A DNA stretch of 63,092 nt from positions 1 to 63,092 of the IMG/VR virus record IMGVR_UViG_3300036852_000204. One strand, written 5' to 3'. Below, in pieces: positions 18,604 through 26,924 of this stretch (the stretch's first letter is position 1; every line of letters starts with the position of its first letter). The position numbers were made by a program, and so were the translations under genes. Origin of the DNA: a virus (Duplodnaviria; Caudoviricetes). The notes beneath the pieces are model-generated. The model ran no database searches, was not told where the DNA came from, and worked only from the letters and a program-made list of their open reading frames with translations.

Positions 18604-19577
18604 TCGAGCAGGCCGAAGGCGACGGCTGGAAGGTCTGGAACGCCGATTGCGTGGATGTCACGCGCGGCCTGCCAGACGATAAGTTGCACTACACGGTGTT
18701 TTCCCCGCCGTTCGAGAGCCTGTACACGTTCTCGGATGATCCGCGCGATATGTCGAACTGCAACGACACCAAGACGTTCTGGGCGCACTTCAGTTTCCTG
18801 ATTGCCGAGCTCTACCGCGCGACAATGCCGGGGCGGCTGTGTTCGATCCACTGCATGCAGCTGCCAACGTCCAAGCTGCGCGATGGGTTTATTGGGCTGC
18901 GCGACTTCCGCGGCGAAATCATTCGCGCTTTCCAGGCGGCCGGATGGCTCTATCACTCCGAGGTGTGCATCCGAAAGGACCCTGTTGCAGCCATGCAGCG
19001 CTCGAAGTCGATCGGGCTCCTGCACAAGCAAATCTGCAAGGACTCCACCATCTCCCGGATGGCCGTTGCCGATTACGTCGTGACGATGCGCAAGCCAGGC
19101 GATAACCCCGAGCGCGTGGATGGCCCGTTCGACTGCTACTACGGCAGCGAGACGACACCACTTGGGCCGCTGGTGACGGAAACCGGAAAGAGCAAAAGCA
19201 CCAACCTGCCTGGGGACGAATGGTACTCAGTCGCGGTGTGGCAGCGATATGCCGAGCCGGTTTGGATGGACATCAATCAGGGCGATGTTCTCTCGCGCAA
19301 CGCTGTCCGCGCCGAGGCCGACGAACGCCATATCTCGCCCCTGCAGCTGACCGTCATTCGCCGCTGTATCGACTTATGGAGCAATCCAGGCGACGTGGTC
19401 TACAGCCCGTTCGCAGGCATCGGGTCAGAGCTCTACTGCGCCATTGAGATGGGCCGCAAGGCACTCGGCGCCGAGCTCAAGCCCAGCTACTTCCGCCAAG
19501 CCGCGGCGAACCTCCGCCTGGCCGTCGAGAACAAATCGCGGGTGACGCTGCTGGATCACATGGAGGCAGCCGAATGA
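18591..19577 (+). CDS. DNA amino-methyltransferase (N4-C/N6-A, beta class)
   Basis: Catalytic SPPF precedes SAM motif SPFAGIGS; HISPLQ, WSNPGD. Confidence 0.9.
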   Translation: MVAVIEQAEGDGWKVWNADCVDVTRGLPDDKLHYTVFSPPFESLYTFSDDPRDMSNCNDTKTFWAHFSFLIAELYRATMPGRLCSIHCMQLPTSKLRDGFIGLRDFRGEIIRAFQAAGWLYHSEVCIRKDPVAAMQRSKSIGLLHKQICKDSTISRMAVADYVVTMRKPGDNPERVDGPFDCYYGSETTPLGPLVTETGKSKSTNLPGDEWYSVAVWQRYAEPVWMDINQGDVLSRNAVRAEADERHISPLQLTVIRRCIDLWSNPGDVVYSPFAGIGSELYCAIEMGRKALGAELKPSYFRQAAANLRLAVENKSRVTLLDHMEAAE

Positions 19578-19771
19578 AGCCCATCATCGCCTCATCCCCC
19601 GAAGACAAGGACAGGGAAATCATCCGTCTCCGCAGGCGCAATGAATACCTGCAGAGAAGGGTCGATGTCCTCGAAGGCCAAGAGCGTGAATTCGCCAACA
19701 GAGACCAGAGGAATGCTCAGAGAGCAGCACAGAAACACGGGAACGGTTTTGCGGGGTGCAACAATGATTAG
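19574..19771 (+). CDS. Small coiled-coil protein
   Basis: Coupled ATGA; its TAG directly precedes motif copy 6. Confidence 0.6.
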   Translation: MKPIIASSPEDKDREIIRLRRRNEYLQRRVDVLEGQEREFANRDQRNAQRAAQKHGNGFAGCNND

Positions 19772-19821
19772 TTCAAGGCGAGACCATGCGATGACGGACG
19801 GTCGAGAAAGTCACCCCGGCG
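19772..19821 (+). repeat. Tripartite motif copy 6
   Basis: TTCAAGGC-N24-GAGAAAGTCACCCCGGCG, then RBS and ATG at 19839. Confidence 0.88.
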
Positions 19822-19930
19822 TTGGGATGGAGAGAAATATGAGGTGGTGCGATGTGTTTGAGACCCTGGTCGGGATGGCCATCTTCGCCGCGCTTGGGTT
19901 TGTCGCCTATGCCGTCTACCTGGCTTTCCA

Positions 19931-20461
19931 ATGAGGTCTGCCATGCTCCGACTTTCCCTAGCCCTCCTTCTGCTGCTGGTCGCGTGGCCGGCACAGGCCG
20001 ACACCACGCGGGAAGAGATCCGCCGTCAGCTTATATCCTCCTGCAAGTTCTGGGGGACGTGCGGGCAGTATTTCAGGCCGAAGCATCGGGCTCCGTATCG
20101 GCATTACGAGCTGAGGGCGGAGAGGGTCTACGGGTATCGCCGCGACGGGGACGACGAGCGCCACCGCGTGCCGAGCTATTGCCCGGACCGCTATGTCAGC
20201 AAGGCTGGCGAAGAGAGATACGGCAGGGACCGCGCAAAGCAGGCCGCCGCCCAAGCGTGGGCCGAGGAAGTCCGCAACCAGTGTGGCGTTTTGTGGATGG
20301 ATGTCCGCAATGTCCGCGAAGGCACCTACGAGTGCGTCGAGAGCGCGACCGGCAATCGCAAGTCAGAGCAGGGCGTCGCCACGGTTGGGCAAGTGCTTGA
20401 GCAATGCGTGCTCAGAGCAAAGCCCGGCCGCGCGAAGCTTGAGCCAGTGAACAGGGAGTGA
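19931..20461 (+). CDS. Secreted Cys-rich hypothetical protein
   Basis: Signal peptide LSLALLLLLVAWPAQA; six Cys. Confidence 0.7.
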   Translation: MRSAMLRLSLALLLLLVAWPAQADTTREEIRRQLISSCKFWGTCGQYFRPKHRAPYRHYELRAERVYGYRRDGDDERHRVPSYCPDRYVSKAGEERYGRDRAKQAAAQAWAEEVRNQCGVLWMDVRNVREGTYECVESATGNRKSEQGVATVGQVLEQCVLRAKPGRAKLEPVNRE

Positions 20462-20894
20462 TGACTATGATCCTGCACGTCGCCAACGCTTACGGCTTCA
20501 CGCCATCGACCGCCAAGGCCGCGTTGAAGGGGTTTAGCGAAGCCGACATACAGGCTCTTCGAGCCCCGCAGCGAGAGATATCTGACCGAGAGCTTGCGGC
20601 CTACTTGGCTCATGTGTGGCTGGGTGCGCGAGCGAAGGTGTTCGGGCGCGAGGCAGAGATCATTCCCATCAAAAGGCGAGCCAAATGACCCGACAGATCG
20701 CCATCAAGGGCTACCGTCTCAAAGACGGCTTGCTCGTCAAGTGCACCAAGCACCTGGATGCGTCGGCTCGTGCCCGTCGGCGAGGTTCCAAGAAGATCAC
20801 CGTCAAGCGCAAGACCGCGCAAAGGCCTTTCTGAGTTTCTTTCTGTTGCGTCCCCGAGTGCGTTTTCAACCTTCAACAACGGAGACGTAACGTC

Positions 20895-21533
20895 ATGTCA
20901 TTCCTTCAGAGAGACTTCCGAGACACGCATCCCAAGCTAGGCAGGCAGATGCTGGCCTGGCTTCTGGCCATCGCAGCCTTCGTTGCCCTGTTCGGGTATT
21001 TCTCCAAGGCCAAGGCCGACACGCCATACAATTGGACCGGCATGTACGTCGGCGGTTCGGTCGGCGCCACGTCAGCCGTAGGCAATGGACTGGGTGCTGA
21101 CGGGCACAGCTTCGGCGCGACGGCCGGCGCCGGCATCCAGATGGGCATGCTCTACTTCGGCGGCTTCATTGACTACGACCATAAGAAGCTCGACTGGGCT
21201 GGCATGCCCTTCGAAGTGCAGGAGATCACGGCCGGCGGACGTGGCGGCATTCTCGTGACCAACGCAACCCTGCTCTATGCGCTGGTCGGCCACGTCTGGC
21301 TGGACGCGAAGGACTTCGACTTCAAGACAACCGGACTTGCTATCGGCGGCGGTGTGGAGACGCGGGTTTCCGAGCACGTCTCCATCGGCCTCGAATACCG
21401 CCAGCAGACCTTCGATGACCTGCCCAACGGCACCGAGCATGTCGTCAAGGCCCGCCTCAACTGGAACATCCCAGCATCCATGTATCAGGCGTTGGATGCT
21501 CCGGTGAAGGGCGCCAAGAAGCTGGCACCGTAA
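20895..21533 (+). CDS. Outer-membrane beta-barrel protein, Omp25/RopB-like
   Basis: Signal peptide; YNWTGMYVGGSVG; LLYALVG; GLAIGGGVE..V...VSIGLEYR. Confidence 0.85.
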   Translation: MSFLQRDFRDTHPKLGRQMLAWLLAIAAFVALFGYFSKAKADTPYNWTGMYVGGSVGATSAVGNGLGADGHSFGATAGAGIQMGMLYFGGFIDYDHKKLDWAGMPFEVQEITAGGRGGILVTNATLLYALVGHVWLDAKDFDFKTTGLAIGGGVETRVSEHVSIGLEYRQQTFDDLPNGTEHVVKARLNWNIPASMYQALDAPVKGAKKLAP

Positions 21534-21661
21534 GGTGAACGAACTATCCGAAAATACGAGATAGTTCGCACGAGGTATCCGGTCGGTGGTTCAACACTAA
21601 GCGCGTGGCCTCGATAAGAGGCGGGACCGCCGGCCGGGTAATTTGAAAGAGGAAGAGCATC

Positions 21662-21871
21662 ATGGGCTACGAAATTAGCGTGTCGGTGAATGCCAAGACC
21701 AAAGACGAGGCGGCGTCCGCCATCCAGCGCATCATTGCGAACCTCCAGGAAACGGGGTGGCAGGATACAGCGTATGGCAGCGCGGGTGGAGGCGGGCCGT
21801 CTTCGCTCGTTTACGCCGGGCATCGACGCATGACTCTTGAGGAACGGGTTAGGCGACTTGAGGGGCGCTAA
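21662..21871 (+). CDS. Small hypothetical protein flanked by 15-bp direct repeats
   Basis: GAGG RBS; CGCCGGCCGGGTAAT at 21628 and 21877. Confidence 0.65.
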   Translation: MGYEISVSVNAKTKDEAASAIQRIIANLQETGWQDTAYGSAGGGGPSSLVYAGHRRMTLEERVRRLEGR

Positions 21872-21909
21872 TAATTCGCCGGCCGGGTAATGCACCAAAA
21901 GGACAAGCA

Positions 21910-22461
21910 GTGAACGCAGAAGCCGCTATCAATTGGTACGTGCTGAAGACGATCCCGGTGCATCGCCTGGAGTTCCAGGTTCTGCACGCCCTCCATCAGC
22001 TCGAATACCAAGCCATGGTGCCGTTTGAGACGCGCTGCGTTCCAATCCGCAACAGCCAATTGTGGGACCAAGTCAAGTACCCGCTGTTCCCGCGCTACGT
22101 CATGGTCGCCCTGCACAGCCACATGGAGTTTCCCTACATCAAGGCCAAGATCAACCAGGCCGCCGAGGACCGTGGCAAGAGTCCGCCCGTCATGGGGCTG
22201 ATCGGACCCAACAGCGAGCCCGGCAAGCTCAAGCCCAAGGAAGTCGAGATCATGCGAACCTACTCGGTGGAGGAGGCAACCGAAGTCAACATCCACAAAA
22301 CCATGCAGATCGGCAGCGAGATCGACATCTTTCGCGGCGCATGGGCAGGCAGGAAAAGCCACATCGAGGCCTTCACAAGGAAGGGCGTCAAGGCGATGGT
22401 GGAGGTGTTCAGCTCATGGCACGTGGTAGAGATACCCATGCGAGACGTGAGGGCGGCGTGA
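21910..22461 (+). CDS. NusG-family paralog (NGN plus KOW), putative late-gene antiterminator
   Basis: WYVLKT, PLFPRYVMV, IGSEIDIFRGAWAG...VEVF; at the Q position before terminase. Confidence 0.85.
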   Translation: MNAEAAINWYVLKTIPVHRLEFQVLHALHQLEYQAMVPFETRCVPIRNSQLWDQVKYPLFPRYVMVALHSHMEFPYIKAKINQAAEDRGKSPPVMGLIGPNSEPGKLKPKEVEIMRTYSVEEATEVNIHKTMQIGSEIDIFRGAWAGRKSHIEAFTRKGVKAMVEVFSSWHVVEIPMRDVRAA

Positions 22462-23089
22462 TGTTTGGAAAGCTGAGAAAGCTGTTTTCGTGCAGGCACC
22501 GGAAGGGTGAGCAAAAAACCTACCTACAGGGTGGCGATGACGGACTGCTGATCGTGCACTTTGTGTGCGCCAAGTGCGGCGAGACTGTTCCAAATGGAGC
22601 ATTTATCGCCACGTTCGATGGTCTGGATCGTTTGGCGAAGCGCGGCCGTGAAATGCGGCACGGGGCGGTTGAGCGGGTCGTCTAATCGATTGTTCGTGTG
22701 CGAACGAGCAACGAACGGAAACAAAATGCGCAACAAAATGACCAAACCGCGAAATAACAGTTGAACTTACTGGTGAGATTTGAGACAAGAAGGCGTGATT
22801 TGGTGATTGGCGTCAGGGCTACCCTGGCCGATAAGCCACAGGGCAGTGCTCTGAAAAGACCCCAAATCAACGTGGGCACCAAAGCCCTCCGTGTCCCCAA
22901 AGCAACCTGCTACCCTGAACTGATTTGCGCTCCCGCGCAATCCCAAACTCAGCGCCATATACAACGCTTATTACCATGACGCGCTGATCGAGGCGTCAAC
23001 GCCACCATGAAATAGCAACGCCCGACTGCCAGTTCTCACTAGCTAGCCGAGCGTTTGTTACGCAACACAAACTCACCAACTCTCACTTG

Positions 23090-23860
23090 GGCAACATACA
23101 GGCGAACATCGCGCTCGCGCTCGTAAGCGGTCCGACCAAACTCAATCCCAAGGTACAATAACATGCGCGTGCACACTGACGTGGGCGCGGGCCTTCCCAG
23201 GGCCCGCACGATGCCTTCCCGCTATTCGCTCGTTGTTAGCCAAAAGGGCCAAGAGGTCGTTGGGGAAGCCGCGACTGTATTCTCGGGCGGCCCCTCAGAC
23301 ATGCAGGGCGACACTCGTGGGATGCCTTGTGTGCGTTTTACGAGTGCAGCCGATTGGCTGGAGTTCCAACGTCATGTTGCGCAGTGGAAGACTGAGACCG
23401 CATACCAATCCATGATTGAGGATATGGTTCTCTCTGAGTCGTACCAGCGCATCATCGGCATGGGCGCTCGCGCCATACCCTTGATCATATGGCAGATCGA
23501 AATTGAGGGGTCCAACCCTGATCATTGGTGGTGGGCTTTGCGCGTCCTTGCTCAGCACGACCCAGTACCGGCAGAGCACAAGGGCAACGTTGCCGAAATG
23601 GCAAAGCGTTGGGTGGAGTGGTACCGTGAAAATCAGCTGGCCAGCTAAGGAATTTCCTCACCTGAACGCAGCACCTCATGCCGTCACTCGGCAACTCCGT
23701 GATGGTGGGTGGACGAGCAAGATGGGTAAAGCAGAGGACATTACCCACACGAGCGCTAAAGACGTTTCCGGGCCCTTTTATGGACAGGTCGTTCTTTATC
23801 TGAAGAGAACGCGCGGCCAGCCACTGGTTGCCTAACGACTGAGTCAAGTATATTGTTGCC
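23090..23860. mobile_element. Non-autonomous IS1595-like element with passenger genes
   Basis: GGCAACA...TGTTGCC ends; 8-bp duplication CTCACTTG (23082-89, 23861-68); right end contains GTCAAGTATA like the adjacent IS. Confidence 0.7.
23163..23648 (+). CDS. Passenger hypothetical protein
   Basis: YQRIIGMG..AIPLI...PDHWWWAL...DPV. Confidence 0.7.
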   Translation: MRVHTDVGAGLPRARTMPSRYSLVVSQKGQEVVGEAATVFSGGPSDMQGDTRGMPCVRFTSAADWLEFQRHVAQWKTETAYQSMIEDMVLSESYQRIIGMGARAIPLIIWQIEIEGSNPDHWWWALRVLAQHDPVPAEHKGNVAEMAKRWVEWYRENQLAS

Positions 23861-24134
23861 CTCACTTGCCCTAACGTGTAACCCAACATCGTGATCGTTT
23901 GATGGCATAAACGCAGAAGGCGGGAAGTGTATACATAACATAGAAAAGGTTTGACGGTTTTGCCCGAAGCAGCGAATGATGGCCCCGACAGGCCGGCGCT
24001 CGAATGCAGAATGCTGATCAGCCACGAAATGATCGAGGCTGGGCTTGATGAGTTGTTTGCAAGCTCGGCAATGCTTGGTGAGTCGAACAAGGATGAACTG
24101 CGCGGCCCCTTAGCCCGCGCCCTGTGCGCAATGC

Positions 24135-24677
24135 TTAGCGCTTCTTCTTTCGGATTTCGATTTCATCCAGAATGTCCGCCCGAAGCTTAGAGACTTTGTC
24201 GCGCAGTTTTCGGATGTCTTCGATCGCCTTTGTGATCTCTGCATCCTCAATGTCTTTCATGCCGTAGGTGGGCGTCTTAGACGGCATGCTTCGGAACTGA
24301 GCTGGCCGCTTGGATGTTTTTTCCATGTACCACGGGTCGTGGATTATCCTGTTGCGTGCCTCGTTGGGCGTTATGCCCTGCAGCCCGTTAATCCGCTCCA
24401 CTAGTCTTTTCTTGAGACCCATTTGCTGAGCAAGAGTTGAGATCGCTCTGTAGCGCGGAGCCGTACCCATCAGTTGGGCCGTGATGCACGCGCCCTTCTG
24501 AGGCACAAGATCCGCCAGTTCCCAGATGATTAAGTCCAATACGTGCTCAACGTGCGCCCACTCCGATGCGACTCGGCCTATCATCTGATAAAAGGGGTGG
24601 TCGTCAGGCAGCGGCTCATGAACTCGAAGCTGTGCGTTGCCGAGCAGAAGAAGAAGCGTCATGCGAAATTCTCCCAA
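24135..24677 (-). CDS. IS passenger; helical protein with RN...H motif (HEPN-like)
   Basis: IGRVASEWAHVE...ARNRIIHDPW. Confidence 0.65.
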   Translation of the reverse strand: MGEFRMTLLLLLGNAQLRVHEPLPDDHPFYQMIGRVASEWAHVEHVLDLIIWELADLVPQKGACITAQLMGTAPRYRAISTLAQQMGLKKRLVERINGLQGITPNEARNRIIHDPWYMEKTSKRPAQFRSMPSKTPTYGMKDIEDAEITKAIEDIRKLRDKVSKLRADILDEIEIRKKKR

Positions 24678-24891
24678 GCAATCAAAAGAACCGGATCAGC
24701 ACAGCGAGCAAGAGACTGCGCGCCGTCGCGACGAATGGTTGCGCCGAACCCTCAACAGTCCGCCGAAGCCGCACAAGGATGTCGTTGCGGAGCGGAAGAC
24801 GAAGCGCGCAGGGCGCGAGACCAAGAAACGATGAAGTGCGAGTGCTCAGATATCGCTGCGTCGTGCAATGTCTTGCGCGCGCAACGCACGT

Positions 24892-25296
24892 CTAGTGGCT
24901 ACTTGGTCCAACTTGGAGCTTCGGAATTTCGTCCCGTACCGCTTGTTGAAGTGAAGCTGCCCGTCCCGCATCAAGCGCGAACCATTTCAGAACCTTGCCA
25001 GAGTGCAGACCGAGGAAAACGCACGGAGCCCCGTTCACATGACCGTTCATCACGCGGTGTTCGTCGACGATAGCAGCGCGCAACGATCCACGCTCACCAG
25101 GAGCAATGCCGGCGACGGGGTCGTGCAGTGACGAAAGGTGCTCCAGATCATTCAAGACGGTGATGAGATGGTCTAAGTGTTCGACTTGCAACGATAGATC
25201 AAGTGATCCCTGGCTCGTGCGAAACCTGAATTCGAACGCGGTCCTGTCCGCAGAAATTGTCGCGCTCTCAATGCCGGTCAACTGGAATGCTGGCAT
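24892..25296 (-). CDS. IS passenger hypothetical protein
   Basis: GGAG RBS, 134-aa ORF. Confidence 0.65.
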   Translation of the reverse strand: MPAFQLTGIESATISADRTAFEFRFRTSQGSLDLSLQVEHLDHLITVLNDLEHLSSLHDPVAGIAPGERGSLRAAIVDEHRVMNGHVNGAPCVFLGLHSGKVLKWFALDAGRAASLQQAVRDEIPKLQVGPSSH

Positions 25297-25403
25297 GTTT
25301 GTTCTCCGCGTGGTTGATTCGTCGCAGAACCAGCTTACACGGAGAGGGGCCGCTAGGTGACTAGCGGCCCGCCTTCTCTCGCTTCCACTTCCGGAAAGCT
25401 TCC

Positions 25404-26360
25404 CTAAGCTCCCGTGTCATCTTCACGGGGCTTGGCTGCTTTGTCAGGCTGTCGATAAGTAAGCCTCTTGCCGACGGCACCCTTCATCAACAGTGACGCG
25501 CGTTCCGTATCCTCGACGCCCAGCGCAGATCGGGTGTTCCAGCGGAAGGCAAACTCGTCAATGTAGCGCTGCAAATGCTGCTCGCTGATTGAGTGAAAGC
25601 TTCCCATGACGCCGCGCTTCAGGATGGCAAAGAACGCTTCGGCGGATTGAATGTGCGTCTTGCCATCCTTGGACACGTATTCGTCTTTGGAGTGGTTCAC
25701 GACACCATGCGCGGCGAACTCTTTGCTCATATGGTAGTAAGCCAGCGCGTCGTCGGTGTTCATGGTTGTGCCCTTGGCGACATGCTTGGCGATCGCCTTG
25801 CGCAGCGTCTTGGCCGATACATCAGCAACGTGCGTTGCGCGCACCTGACCGCCACGCTCTACTAGCGCATGGACGGCGTGCTTCTTGGGCTCAGGCTTGC
25901 CCTTGTGGACGTTTTTCTTCTTGCCGCCGACAAACGTCTCGTCGCTCTCGACAGTCTTGCCCTCGCCACCAATCGGGCCAGCCTTCAGATCAGGGCCAGC
26001 GGCCTCGCGAATGCGCATGGTGAGAAACCAAGCGGTCTTGTATGTGACGCCAAGCATGCGCTGGAGCTGCTTAGAGGACATACCCTTCTTGCTGGCGGCC
26101 ATCAGGTGGTAGGCCAGTACCCACTTGGTCAGCGGGATTTTGGACCGCTCCATCACGCTACCAACCGTCACGGTGAAGGCTTGCAGGCATGAATTGCACT
26201 GGAATAGACCGGGGCGGTGGCTTTTGCCTTCGAGGCGGTGAATGTTTTCGGTTTCGCCGCAATGAGGACAGAACGGGCCGTCGGGCCAGCGCTGAGCTTC
26301 TAAATGCTCGCGAGCTTTGTCTTCATCGTGAAAAATCGGGTTAGTGAGATTGACGGACAC
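25404..26360 (-). CDS. tnpA: IS1595-family DDE transposase
   Basis: RWPDGPFCPHCG...QCNSC Zn ribbon; VESDETF, NTDD, VNHS..EYV, HLQRYIDEFAFRWN. Confidence 0.96.
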   Translation of the reverse strand: MSVNLTNPIFHDEDKAREHLEAQRWPDGPFCPHCGETENIHRLEGKSHRPGLFQCNSCLQAFTVTVGSVMERSKIPLTKWVLAYHLMAASKKGMSSKQLQRMLGVTYKTAWFLTMRIREAAGPDLKAGPIGGEGKTVESDETFVGGKKKNVHKGKPEPKKHAVHALVERGGQVRATHVADVSAKTLRKAIAKHVAKGTTMNTDDALAYYHMSKEFAAHGVVNHSKDEYVSKDGKTHIQSAEAFFAILKRGVMGSFHSISEQHLQRYIDEFAFRWNTRSALGVEDTERASLLMKGAVGKRLTYRQPDKAAKPREDDTGA

Positions 26361-26435
26361 AATGCACCTCGCTTTCTGAGGTGAATATGGCCTCGCAATC
26401 TCACTATGTCAAGTATACACTTCCCCAGAAGGCGC

Positions 26436-26924
26436 ATGAAGGGGCTTCCATCCAAATATACCGAGGCGCTAGGCGTTCGGATTTGTGAATTGCTGGCTGA
26501 AGGCAAAACGCTCCGCTCAATATGCGAAGCAGAGGGAATGCCTTCCGAGGTCACAATTCGTAGATGGGCCATAGACTTAGATCATCCGTTCGCGGCGCAA
26601 TACGCGCGTGCGCGTGAGGTCGGCTATCAGAGGATGGCCGATGATCTCGTTGATATTGCTGACGGAAAGCGGGTCGATTGGGTTGCGGCGGCCGGGGATG
26701 CTGAAAGCGCAGACGGTCCAAAGGACGCCGTGCAGCGTGATCGACTACGAGTTGATACCCGTAAGTGGCTGCTTTCCAAGGCGCTGCCCAAAATATACGG
26801 CGACAAGGTCACCAACGAGATCACGGGCAAAGATGGTGCGGATTTAATCCCGGTTTTGAATGTCACCATCGGCAACGCTAAATCTGGACCTGCACCCAAA
26901 GCAGGGGGTGGCACTACAGACTAA
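26436..26924 (+). CDS. terS: Terminase small subunit
   Basis: PSKYT..L...ICE.LAEG..LRSIC...MPS...W; RDRLRVDTRKWLLSK..PK.YGDK. Confidence 0.9.
   Translation: MKGLPSKYTEALGVRICELLAEGKTLRSICEAEGMPSEVTIRRWAIDLDHPFAAQYARAREVGYQRMADDLVDIADGKRVDWVAAAGDAESADGPKDAVQRDRLRVDTRKWLLSKALPKIYGDKVTNEITGKDGADLIPVLNVTIGNAKSGPAPKAGGGTTD

Larger units (their letters stand above)
23922..26425 (-). mobile_element. IS1595-family transporter IS with passenger genes
   Basis: 22-bp IRs GGGAAGTGTATACATAACATAG and CTATGTCAAGTATACACTTCCC; 8-bp TSD CAGAAGGC (23914-21, 26426-33). Confidence 0.93.

Noticed and set aside
17194-19577. Helicase plus MTase as a restriction or defence system
   Set aside because: No nuclease partner; this pair is common in temperate phage early regions
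26406-26435. terS start at 26406, or terS disrupted by the IS
   Set aside because: That ATG lies inside the IS inverted repeat; the native-looking start at 26436 is intact
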